64,000 bases of DNA, taken from contig JBITNC010000001.1 of NCBI GenBank assembly GCA_050084985.1, positions 148,676,001 through 148,740,000 on the forward strand. The letters run 5' to 3'. The position numbers were made by a program, and so were the translations under genes. This document shows positions 1-11,216 of this stretch, in pieces. The notes beneath the pieces were generated by a model. The model had not been told where the DNA came from, ran no database searches, and saw only the letters and a program-made list of their open reading frames with translations. The first letter of the stretch is position 1. Each line of letters starts with the position of its first letter. This DNA is from Nageia nagi (taxonomy: Eukaryota; Plantae; Pinophyta).

Positions 1-3000
1 ACTTTTTCAATGATGAATTGCCATAGCTCATGATAGGAAGATTGGAAGGTAAATGAGATTTTGATAATTCAAAATATCTTTCCATGTGCATTTGTGTTTA
101 GCAAGCCATGTAGGTGTAGGAATTCAGGATTGGTGATACCATTGCATCTTTTGCAATTGCATACTAAATCCAAATGCTAGGCATAATGTGCCTAGGCACT
201 TAAGAAAATGAAAAAGAGTCATTGGAAAAATGGCCATTGACAAGTTTTTGGTTGGAGTTGCCTTTGATTTGTCCAAGAGGCATTGCATGGGCAAGCAAAT
301 ATCGAAATCCCTTTTCTACAAGTACGTACAATGTTGGAGCCAAAGGACACCCTTGTTTAGTATAATTATGAATATCAAAAGGGGTTGATTGTTTGCAAAA
401 AGCATTTTCACAAATTGAAGAATGGAGAAACCCTAAAGCACATGGCAATGATGAAGGGCCACTCATTCAATCATGGGACTTGGCAAAATCAATCTTCAAT
501 GAAGAGGGCTTGCTGCTTGGATTTATGGGCCCATTTCATGTAAATATTCCAAAATGGAAACTACATAATTAAATAAATCCCAAATATATTTTGTAATAAA
601 TTAGGAGTGATTTTGCATTATCATTTGTTAAGCCCCTCTTTATTAAAGAGTAGGCCAATTTATTCTTTATTTTTAGATATCAAGGATAATTGTGAACCCC
701 AAGAGGGATGTTTGCCTTCCTTGAGGAGAATAATGTATTTAAGACATCTAGGAGTGATTTCCATGACTTCGAGGCACAATCATGCCCAACGTCCAAGCAT
801 GCATGATCCAAGGCAATGTTGGGATCCCAAGGTGGATGTCTAGCCTCTAGGTGTGACATATAAGTATAAGGAGAAGTGGATGCTTGGCAGAAGGACATCT
901 TTGCATTATCAATCATTCTATTTGCTAATTGGCTAGTGCCACCCTTAACCTTTAGGATTGAAAGCCTCATCAAGCTCTTGCCATTCTTGGACCCTCATTA
1001 AGCTCTATATATCTTATGAGAAGACCAGCCTAGGAGTGTGATGTCATGATTGGGGAGACATCTAGCCTGCAAAGATACCAGATCTAGCCAATAAGCCAAA
1101 TGTCTAGCCATTTTGGCCATTGTATCTATGTTTGGGGAAATTCTAGTGTGATGTCCATCCTTAGTGTAATATCCCTTTTGTAATATAATTATTATTACAT
1201 TGTACTTTAAGTTAATATTTGGGATAGAATACTTAATGGGTCAATGGACCCCACTATGAGCCCCATGTGGGATGTCTTCCTCCCAACATAGAATAGGTGT
1301 TTTAATGTACTTGGAGATCTTGATCATGATTATGGGAATCCCAAGGTATATTTAGCACATAGATGGATAAATCAGCACTTGTATACATGCACCAGCCTTG
1401 GGGAGACTTCTAGACCCCCACGTTAGCCAATGATGACACCTACCCCCATGCATGGCTCCTAGACCCACATTGGGCATGCGTGGCACTCTAGATCCCTATG
1501 TTGGCATTTATGGCACTCCAAGCCCCCATGTTAGGCATTTTGGATATCCAGGAGGCTAATGTTAGAATTAAGAAGCTAGGTAATGATTCCTAGGTGAGAT
1601 CTAGATCTAGTTGAGTGTTATAAAAAGATATTGAAGCCTCAAAGTTGGATAACCTAATTATTATTACACTTCATATCGTCTAGAGGGCAAGAATACTTAG
1701 CGATGCTAAGCACATCCTCTAGGTGCAGCATTTAGGAGGGCTTTCAGGATAAGGGATCTTGATCATCTACTACATTAGTGCAACACCCTTGCCCATCCGA
1801 TGGTATTCCAAGGTATTGCTTCTACCTTCAGTGGTTAGCCAAGGTTTGAAGAGGGCTCCTTTGCTGGAGATGATTCAAATTTTGAGGGAGCATATTGTCC
1901 CATGGTTTCAATAACATTATAGTAGTGAGAGATATTTGGTTATGTCCTAGTTGGCTCCTTGGAGGCCAATGTTAGCCCTCTTGGGTCTGGTATCATATTG
2001 TTGAGCATTTCATATCTTACATACAACCGTTGGGCATTAGATCTCATATTGCGTTGTTCTTGTATCCATTATTGCAACATTGTGGTGTGTTTACCTATTC
2101 ATGCATGTATGAACCAAACGTTGGCATTGTGAGGATTTGTATTGTGATATCTGCTTGTATTGACCAAACATTGGCATCTGGGAGTTGTTAATGTGTAACA
2201 CTGATACCCTAGCTTAGGCGTTGTCATGTTTGCATTGTATTGTCTTAAAGTGGATTCCCTAACCCTAACATTGCCATATTGAGGGTTTTTATGCTTGTGT
2301 TTGATGCCATAGGCCTAACATTACGGTATATTGGTTGAAATTTGCTAATTTGCACTTGAGGGTTTGTTTGGATCCTTACACGTAGAGGCCATTTGGATGA
2401 TTTGTGCTTGTCTCTTGAGCATCAATAATATTAGATCTAAGTTCTTGGCATCCATATTTTACTTATTTCATATTTTCTTGATATAATTTGTGATAATTCC
2501 TAATTTATATAATCTGGAATATTACATTTCATACCTTCCTATATTGCAATTATATTGTCTAGGATATAGCAAACTTTGATGAATCTTGTTTGTTCTAACC
2601 AAACAATAAGTGGAAGTAATTTATGTAGTTGAATTGCCAAATATTTTGTAATTATCTTGTAAGAGACATCCAATAAGGTAAGAATTCCAATTAAGAATAT
2701 CCTTAGGGTCGCCCTATATGGGATGGGTTTGATGTTCCCTTTGTTGATTAAAGCTCATAATGAGTTGGTTTGGAAATCTTCCATGTAGACATGGTGGAGA
2801 TCCTAACCAATTGAATCCCATATTATTTTATAGAATTTGCAAGGGAATCTATCATAGCCTGGTGCTTCATCATTAGCCATGGAAAGCATAACATCCTTAA
2901 GATAATCTTGGGTGAATAATCGATCACATATCTCCTATTGAGATTATGAGAGCTTACATGGGACTACTACTATTCTTCGTTGCATTGCACAATCTTGCAT

Positions 3001-3615
3001 TGTGAAGTGTTCCTAAGATTTGAACACTTGTTGATAGTGTTGAACAAAAGTTTGAATGATGTTTGGGAGAGTGGAGGAAATCTTATTTCCATCTTGAATT
3101 CTTTTAATTTTTTGAATAACATGTGAAGATCTCATGGATTAAAAGAATTCTTTAGAATCTTGGTCTCTTATCTCAAGTTAGTGGGGCCAAGCTTTAATCT
3201 AGCCACCTTTTTCTTTGTAGTGTTTTGCAACTTGCTTCTATTACCTAATCCTAGCAACCTGAGCTATAGGGTGGGGAAGAAGGGAAATGATTCTAGATTA
3301 GTAGTGGTGTGTGTTAGCTTTGAGGTGGTAGCCTCATATGAGCATGTTTGAAAAAGCACCAACTAGTGACCATAAATGTGGAAAAAGCAAGCAATTATTT
3401 TGATTGCATTGTTCCACCAATGGATCCACCTTGATCCATGAGCTGGATGTGGCTCCAAATTTCAAGTGTGTTCGATATGAGCCACTATTTGGGTTTGTGT
3501 TAGCAATGATGTGTTAAAAATGAGATTTTTCCTTTTTCAAGTGCTACTATCCTAAGCAATGTGGAAACAAATGGAAAAGTGGTTTCACAACACAATGTTA
3601 GACATGGGCTCCATC
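1..3615 (-). mobile_element. Degenerate L1-type LINE ORF2 (reverse transcriptase region), split by the solo LTR at 539-2526
   Basis: The minus strand reads KQGCPLAPTLYVL (ORF 200-466). It also reads RYILDNIIAI*EGMKWAHKSKQ..LKIDFAKS continuously across the 539-2526 insertion. These are plant L1 RT motifs (GRxILDN, KIDFxKAYD, RQGCPLSP). Many stops; the right boundary is approximate. Confidence 0.85.
539..2526. mobile_element. Solo LTR (1,988 bp) inserted in the LINE
   Basis: Termini TGTAAATATTCC...GGAATATTACA form an inverted repeat. A perfect 5-bp TSD TTTCA lies at 534-538 and 2527-2531, and the LINE frame resumes after it. No coding domains inside; degenerate ~30-bp repeats occur around 1400-1560. 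Confidence 0.85.
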
Positions 3616-3619
3616 ATTA

Positions 3620-4135
3620 GAAAGAAATTATATTAATGTCCTCGGGTGACCAAAAGTGGTCAATGGGACTGTCAGGTACAAAAATTATCAACAAACTAGC
3701 AAAACCCTTAAAGGGCTCTTTCTAAAGAAAGCATAAAATAATAAAAAGTGAGTACAAATGCATTCATGAAAGGATCATCTAAACCCTAACTAAAATAGCG
3801 GTATAAATGTAAGCATGGCCCATGGAGTGCCATTGTGGGTCCTCTCTAATGAATACACTAGTCTTTGAAAATTGTATTTGTGGTAATGTTGTTGGAAGGG
3901 AAGAATGATGTGATTTGTCAAATCCTCAATGGAGCCAAAGGGTCTTGGAGGTGCCTCTTGGAGTGATGTGTGGAGAGACAAGGATCGACATGACATCTCA
4001 TACATTCCCCTTCAAGGGTGGAAGCTCGAAAAAAGTATGTGATGCAACAATCGCCTATTGGATTCTTAGTGCTGATCATAAGATGCTTTCAAAGGAGAAG
4101 GGTCTCTTGGAGGTAAAGAGCTAAGCTATGTTGAT
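3620..4135 (-). mobile_element. 3' end fragment of an L1-like LINE family
   Basis: Shares the terminal motif TATATTAATGTCC..TGACCA-N4-TGGTCA with 25568-25630 and 31762-31830. The downstream body resembles 31900-32400. Confidence 0.55.
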
Positions 4136-5039
4136 TGGTGTAGTAGAAAAATAACTAATTCACCTTATTTTTCATTCATCAAAAGCATTCTTTAAAGGAT
4201 ATCCAAATAAACTCTAATAGTTATTTATTATTTCTTTATTTTCTTTAACAAAATCTTTAGAAGTATTTTCATAGTTGCACTATGTTGTTATATATCAACT
4301 TCACATAAAGTTTTGATTTATTTAGATATACTCAAACATATTTAAAAATCATTCTAGTTATTTATTTTACTACAAATAAATAAGACTTCTAAAAACGTTA
4401 ATGAGTATTTGACAAACTAGGACTTATAAAAAATGAGGATGTGTAACTATTTTTTATCTCATACATATGAAAAAAGTACTTTATTACATAAATATATTGC
4501 TCAGTATTTTATGTTATACAAGTTATTTCATTTTTAATACTATGCTCTTTAGCATTTTTTTAACATTAGTTAGCTATCATTTTTTTAATAATGTTATTTT
4601 AATATTATGATCTTAAAATAATATTCTATTTTATAGAATTACTTTATTATCATACAATAGTATTTAAGTAGTTTTAATATTCACACTGACAAATATTAAA
4701 TATCCTTTTTGAAAATTATTTAAATACCATTAAATATTTTTAATATCTTCCCTCTTTACAATGTGAATATAATTTGAGGAAAAAACATAATAACCTATTA
4801 TGTTCATAGTATTCCTTTATCAAATAAAGCTTGTCAAGATCTCTCTGACAATAGAAAATTTGATAAAATTGAAGAAGAAATGAGAAATGTATGATTATTC
4901 AATTTTTTTAATGTTAACACCTTATAAGAAATTTTGATTTAATTAAAATACCTTTTTAGATATTTGAAATATTTGTTTAATTTATTAAATAAATTCTCTT
5001 TTCCATGTGCACTCTCATCTACCTTTTTGATTTATGCTA

Positions 5040-7600
5040 ACAAGTCGGGTCGGCATCACAATAATCCTAAAGAGGAGTCTTCGCTCTAGACCTGTTGCCT
5101 ATAATCATCGATTTCTTGTTATTCGTAGCTAATTGGTGAATTTACTTATTCTATAAATAATCCTAATAATTATTATTTTAGTTATAAAAATTGGTGAACC
5201 CAACTTCTTTTAGATACATCGTGTTATCCTTCACTAGTTGCTCTAAAACCCTAGGGTTTCAAATAGGACTAATATCTCATTTCAAGTGTTTCATAAAGGG
5301 ATACACCCATTGCTACAAATCATGAAATATTGAATATCCTATTATCCAAATAAAGAAGACTAGGGCACACAAGAATTATGCCAACATGCCTAGAAGACAA
5401 AACGAAAGAGTACAAAGATTGCACCTACATGATGAATACGATAGCTCTCTAGAAGATTATAGCCATGTAGCCTAGAAAGAAGCAGAAAGTAATCAAGAAA
5501 ACCTTGATGAGCTTCCATCCAATTCCTTAGAGGTACTCACTAAAATTTTGTCTATTCTAAAAGGTCAAAAATTGTTAGCTGTGAAAGAATATATTCCTCT
5601 TCTTTTCCAAACTTTGCAAGAAGTTGATATCAAAATTAAGCATCTCCTAGATTCTACCCTAAATTTTGATCCTGAATATACCAAATAGAGGCAAATGATC
5701 CAACAAATAAAATAGGATATGACCTTAATCCCTTTTCGATAGGCTTATAAGTATTTCAAACCTTCCCAAATTCCTTCATTCCAATTTCTTGTTTCTATTA
5801 TTATTCTCGAACCCCAAATTCCAAACCAAACCATTACAACTAAAAATAACCCTAATGATGATGTTGTACCTAGAGTTGCCACTCTTTTACTTGAATAGAA
5901 TCATGTCCCATCCTTTTTCGATCCTATAGTTTCGATTCCATAGGTACCTCTCGACTATGATGAAGAGTTCAAAGACAACATTGATAAAGAAGACTTGGTT
6001 AATATCTCAAAAAATGAAGAACCCTAAAGGCCACCCATCCCTGAATCATGGATAGATAAACCTAATCCAGCAATAGCATTTGGCATGAGATGGAGACTAG
6101 GTTTTTTGAATGTAGAATTTAATATTGTGAAGAGAGAATTGAAGTTTCTAAAGTTTAACTTGGAATACAAAGCTACTGAACCAAAATATCAAATGGAGTT
6201 GGTCAATAATTTGGTAAGAACTTGATAATAGGAAAAAGTTTATTTTTGTAATTTATTTATAGGTTTAAGAAAGTAAAAGTACATAGATATTAAAATACCA
6301 TTACTACCTACACCTTCAGATGATGCATTACAAGAACTGTTGTAATTAAAGCAACAAAAGGATTCCATCATGGCATGCATCGACATGTTTTCACCTGTGG
6401 TTCCAATAGGTAGTGATAATTGCTTTTTCCATCGCATCCATCAAAGAAGGTATGAAAAACATGTAACATTTACTATATTTCATGGTTATTATGATCCTAG
6501 AGTTCATTTGCAAAGGTATCACTTAGAGTCTGTTTCATTTGAAAATGATGATGACCTATTAGCTAAATTGTTTCCTCTTAGTTTAAAATTTGAATTTCTC
6601 TTATGGTTTACTAATTTGCCTAATGAAATTATTATATATTTTGATGATATTGTTAATCTTTCTTGGATCGATATAAATTTTTCATAACACAAGAACCATC
6701 TCCTTTAGATATGTATAACCTAAAACAGAAATAAGGTCTAGTGAGTTTATTGTTGAGTGATCCAAAGTAGCCAACCAAGTATAAATCCCTACCAATGAAA
6801 AGAAACATGTCCTTTTCCAAGCTTTGTTACCATCTTGTAGCTGTGAATTTTTAGATTTTAGGACTACCCATATGAAAAACTAATATATGAAATGATTAGT
6901 AAAGAGGCTCATCATAAAGCCTTCAATTAACCCTTAGCCCACATGAAGCCAACTTCAATCCAATCCTATGCTTCTCTTCAAAAACCTAGAAAGACTCATC
7001 ACCATGAGCCTGAAGTTTAAATGCTAGCTCATATCATCCATGATGATATAGAAGTTTGACAACCTAAAAAGTCACATAGATAGTATATCGAGTTCCATGA
7101 TGATATTAGTGATGTCTTGGATACCTTAATAGCGATAAACTTTGTCTGTTATTTGCTAAGGAAAGAAACCCCCTCCCCCCTCTCATTAAACCTCAATGCT
7201 ATAAAAAATACCTCTTTCGTAATTTCCATAGAAAAGTTTCTCACACCAAAAAAGAGTTCTGTCATCTCAAAAATATCATCCGAGATTAACATGACAAAGT
7301 TAAATTTAAATTTGACTATGAAGATTCAGATGAGATTTTGCAATAGCACAAGTTTAAACCAATATAGGATAGTTCGGTACATCCTCAAAACCAAAGGTTG
7401 ATGATATTTAGTAATTTATTTTCACAATTCAAGAAAGCAAAACTTGATGATGATGGAGATAAGTTGCAAACAAACAATATGAGTATCCCACAACCATAAC
7501 CACAAACACAATAGCAAGTTCAACCATTGCCAACACCAAGTATGGTTTTGATGATGGTGTTTGGGCTATTTCGTAAATTATTTCATAATGTTTTCTATTT
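5040..7600 (+). mobile_element. Decayed non-chromoviral Ty3/gypsy (Tat/Ogre-like) 5' region with gag relic
   Basis: ORF 6370-6687 reads FHGYYDPRVHLQRY...LLAKLFPLSLKFEFLLWFTNLPNEII, matching the Tat/Ogre Retrotrans_gag pattern. A PBS-like TGGTGAACCCAAC lies at 5192-5204. No pol was recognised; boundaries are approximate. Confidence 0.65.
5192..5204 (+). promoter_or_regulatory. Putative primer-binding site complementary to tRNA-Trp
   Basis: TGGTGAACCCAAC matches 12/13 to TGGTGAACCCGAC, the reverse complement of the plant tRNA-Trp 3' end (recalled, not searched). The mismatch is a CpG-type change, and the site lies upstream of the gag relic. Confidence 0.5.
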
Positions 7601-8299
7601 ATACATTTCTTTGTTGTTGTTTAGTCCAACTTTGGAATATTTCATATTAAATTAAGTATTTTTCTATTCATATAACCAAGTGACAGCTTTGGAACCCAAT
7701 GTTGTTGCTCTATTCGTAGCAATGTTTAGTCAAAATATTGATTTCACATTTTCAATGTATGTACTTCATTGTAAAAATTTGTATCTATTTATCATTTTCC
7801 ATGTTTCTTTGGCAAATGTGTAGCAAATTTTATGAATTGGACACTAGTCTATAAAATATATTTATCTTTTTGTTTGTTAAATTTTAGGCCTCTTTTTTCG
7901 TTAAGTAGGTCATGTCTTATGTATGCATCTCCTTGTTGCACCTGCTGCTTAGTTATGTTCAAATTTGATATGATTATTCTTCTTTTTTCTCATCTTTTGT
8001 ATGTTCATATTTAGCTAAAATTATCAGGTATATAACTTATTATCGTGTATCTACTCATTTTATGTTTATCTTGGTTAAATGTGTGGCTCAAATTTCAACT
8101 TTACATGTTTATCCCTTTTAATCTTATCTTTGTTATATTTCATTTTACTTACCTAAAAATCAAAATGTACTTGTCCAAATTCAAACACAATTCTAATCAA
8201 TTAAAAAGAAAACACAAAATAGAACATGTCATAACATAACCAAACATGCATATATATATCGTGTGTTCATAGGTAATAAAACATATGTCCATAACAAAA

Positions 8300-10060
8300 C
8301 ATGTCACTGATACACCAAACTAGGTCCCCCCATGGGAACTTTGACCTATAAACTAATCTTGGGTCCTACTCCTAGACCTAGAACTTGATCAGCTAGTAAA
8401 TATAGCAACTAATGTCTATCCAAACTGAAGGAGTTGATTGTCCTTAAGTGTGATCAGGTCTTGTAGCCTCTTTAGCTACTAGTGTTGCATCACCTATGGT
8501 AGTGCTTGTAGTACCTCAATTTGTCCCTGAAGTATACCGATCTAGTCATCCTGAGACTTCAGCTACAATTGTAGGCTTACCATTTGCACTTGTAGTGACA
8601 CTATCTGAGTATCCAACCATGTGTTATAAATAATTTGTTGTTAATTTTCTCTCTTCAAAAAAAGGTATTAACCAAATTTATAGAGTTTAGATATACCTGA
8701 GGTATCCATTGGAGGAGTTGCAGCTCTCGACAAGGATGGTGCATATGGGCTTGCTAGCTGAGTAGGTGATGGAGCATCACTCACATTCATGGGCTCCTTT
8801 CCTTCCATATTTGTATCCTCCTCATCCCCCTCCTCATCCCCCTCCTCCTCCCCCACCTCCTCCTTGCTCTCTTCCTCATCACCCTCCTCATCCTTGAGGC
8901 CTAATGGGATGGACCTCACTTTGTCCCACCATCACAAGTATTCTAGAGTATGCTCATGAAAAGGTGTGGGCACCCTGGGGGCATTATCCTCTAGTGCAAC
9001 CCACTTTGCACTTCATGTTGGTGCAACTATGACCCCTAGTAGAATCGCTTGATAGTGATAGTATCTTACCATAGTTGACCACACCCTTAGCACAAGTACA
9101 TCTCGAGTTATGTTGAACTATCTCAGCACTTGGTTCAAATGATAGTGCTTAATCACCTTTCTATGACCCCCGATATGGCATGGAGTCATGCTCCATGATA
9201 TCTCATCATTCGATTCATCCCAAATAACCAAATCAAAATATGGGTCCCACATTAAGTTTGCATTGTCCAAAAGGTCTAGTAGTCTTTGGTACTGATCAAA
9301 TCCTTGATTCACACACATTTGCTGGATTGTCTACCATCAAAACCAATAGGGACTATTTGCTTATGTCACTATAGGAAAGTAAGTGCAAGCCACACTTATA
9401 TGCTCATATGCCCAGGCCTGAAGAATAAACAAATGGGCAAAAATCCTATCTCCCTTCTTCATAAACACAAAATTATGAAGATCCCTATATAACATGGCTA
9501 ATATATAGGGTTCCCATGCATACTTCTTCCCATGAAGGCATATCCCTTGCACTATGGGAATGAATCCAGTATTAAATCACTCATGGTTCTTATCACTACA
9601 TAGGATCATATCAATAAGAACAACTACATACAGTCGAAAATATATTGTGAAGTCAAGCTCCTATGGGGGCATGTAAACTGTGTCATGGAGGGGTGCACCC
9701 TTCTTCTATTGTTGGTAATGCCTCATCCCTGTTAGCAAATATCATTGATCCTCCATCTCATCCATAGTCAATGTCACTCGGTGTATTAGTGTACCCTTCA
9801 TGGTTAACTATAGAATGCGATGGATATTAGTAAGGATGATGGTCATCTCACCTGTTGGTAGGTGGAACGTATTGGTGTCATCATATCAATGCTCCATAAG
9901 GGCAGTCAAAAAGTACTTGTCACATGGGATGTGCATGATCCCCTCAAGTGACTAAGCTTAGATGCCTCTAGCCATCCCCTCTCATCTGATGTCAAAACAA
10001 AGTCTATGGCCACATCCATAGTTGGACTCCATGGCTCATATCACATGAGGTAAGTCCAAT
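8300..10060 (-). pseudogene. Transposon-borne plant mobile domain (PMD, PF10536-like) pseudogene with acidic C-terminal tail
   Basis: The minus strand at ~9841-9910 reads LTALMEH*YDDTNTFHLPTGEMT (canonical LxxALVERWxxETxTFHLPxGEMT). ORF 9361-9552 reads YAWEPYILAMLYRDL...LQAWAYEHI. ORF 8668-8919 is an E/D-rich tail. Confidence 0.85.
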
Positions 10061-10683
10061 CCTGCATCCAAGTCAAACAAGAAGTGTATCAATAGCATGA
10101 AATATAACAAAAATGAAAAAAATTCACACTTTAAAAATTGAAAACTCAAAATGTATGCTTTTCATATTATTTTCCAATTTTTATGATATCTTTGGAAAAA
10201 CTTTGTTGGGTCCTATAAACCATTGACTTTAAAGGATGTTAAAAGATAACATTCATCATTCATATACCAATGAGATAATTTCTTCAATATATATATGTAT
10301 CTATTTATGTATGTATGATATTAACATAGTTAAGATGGGAAATAAAATTTCCAATCTTGTTTTGAATAAATATATATATAGGAGAAGCATATCCTTTGAC
10401 CAAATTCATGTATATACACCCAAAGTATATCTACAAATGAGCGGGGCGGGGTGGAGCAAGGCGAAGCAGTGATATGGTGGCAATGGTAAATATATTTTGG
10501 TTGTATATCAAGTTTATGCACATATTCTAGGTGTATTTCGAGTTTATACATATATTATGGGCGTATATCAATTAAATGCATAAATTTTAGAAGTATATCA
10601 ATTTAATGCATAAATTCAAGGCATATCTCAAGTTAAAAATATGCAAAAACATAGACCCAAAAATTTCTAAGTCTTGATACAAA

Positions 10684-10755
10684 AGGCCTAGGTGAGATTC
10701 GAACACAAGTCACCATTTTTTGGGTGGAATGTGTTAACCAGTATACCATTGAGTC
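10684..10755 (-). repeat. tRNA-derived (SINE-head-like) unit, copy 1
   Basis: The minus strand reads GACTCAATGGTATACTGGTTAACAC...TGGTGACTTGTGTTCGAATCTCACCTAGGCC. It has an A-box-like TGGTATACTGG and a B-box GTTCGAATC at tRNA spacing; the anticodon arm is degenerate. Confidence 0.55.
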
Positions 10756-10964
10756 AAAAATAAAATGTAGCAAAAGTTTTAAATTTTGTATATTTTAAAT
10801 AATATATTCTAGGTGTATATCAAGTTTATGCATATATTTTGGGTGTATGACAATTAAATGCATAAATTTTGGGCGTATATCAATTTAATGCATAAATTTG
10901 GAGAGTATATCATGTTAAAAACATGCAAAACATGGACCCAAAAATTTCTAAGTGTTGATGCAAA

Positions 10965-11036
10965 AGGCTTTGGCAAGATTCGAACATGAGTCACCATTAT
11001 TTTGGTGGAATACATTAACCAGTATACAATTGAGTC
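10965..11036 (-). repeat. tRNA-derived (SINE-head-like) unit, copy 2
   Basis: The minus strand reads GACTCAATTGTATACTGGTTAATG...TGGTGACTCATGTTCGAATCTTGCCAAAGCC, a paralog of 10684-10755. Confidence 0.5.
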
Positions 11037-11216
11037 GAAAATAACATGTAACAAAAGTTTTAAATTTTGTATATTCTAAACAATATACCTTGGGCATATA
11101 TAGATGAGTGACAAGATGGTGGTGGACTATACGGCAAGTGATGGTAGGGTTGTAGATATACCTTAGGCATATATACATGAATTTGGTCAAAGGATAGGCT
11201 TTTTCGTATATATATG

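Larger units (their letters stand above)
10381..11206. mobile_element. Non-autonomous TIR element (MULE/MITE-like, ~826 bp) flanked by (TA)n
   Basis: ~56-bp imperfect TIRs at 10381-10436 and 11150-11206 (core TATCCTTTGACCAAATTCATGTATATA..GTATATCTACAA), with TATATATA on both flanks. The interior has ~29-bp GTATATCAA..TGCATA repeats and a ~281-bp direct duplication. Confidence 0.75.

Noticed and set aside
10684-11036. Functional tRNA genes
   Set aside because: Acceptor and anticodon stems are broken; kept only as tRNA-derived repeats.
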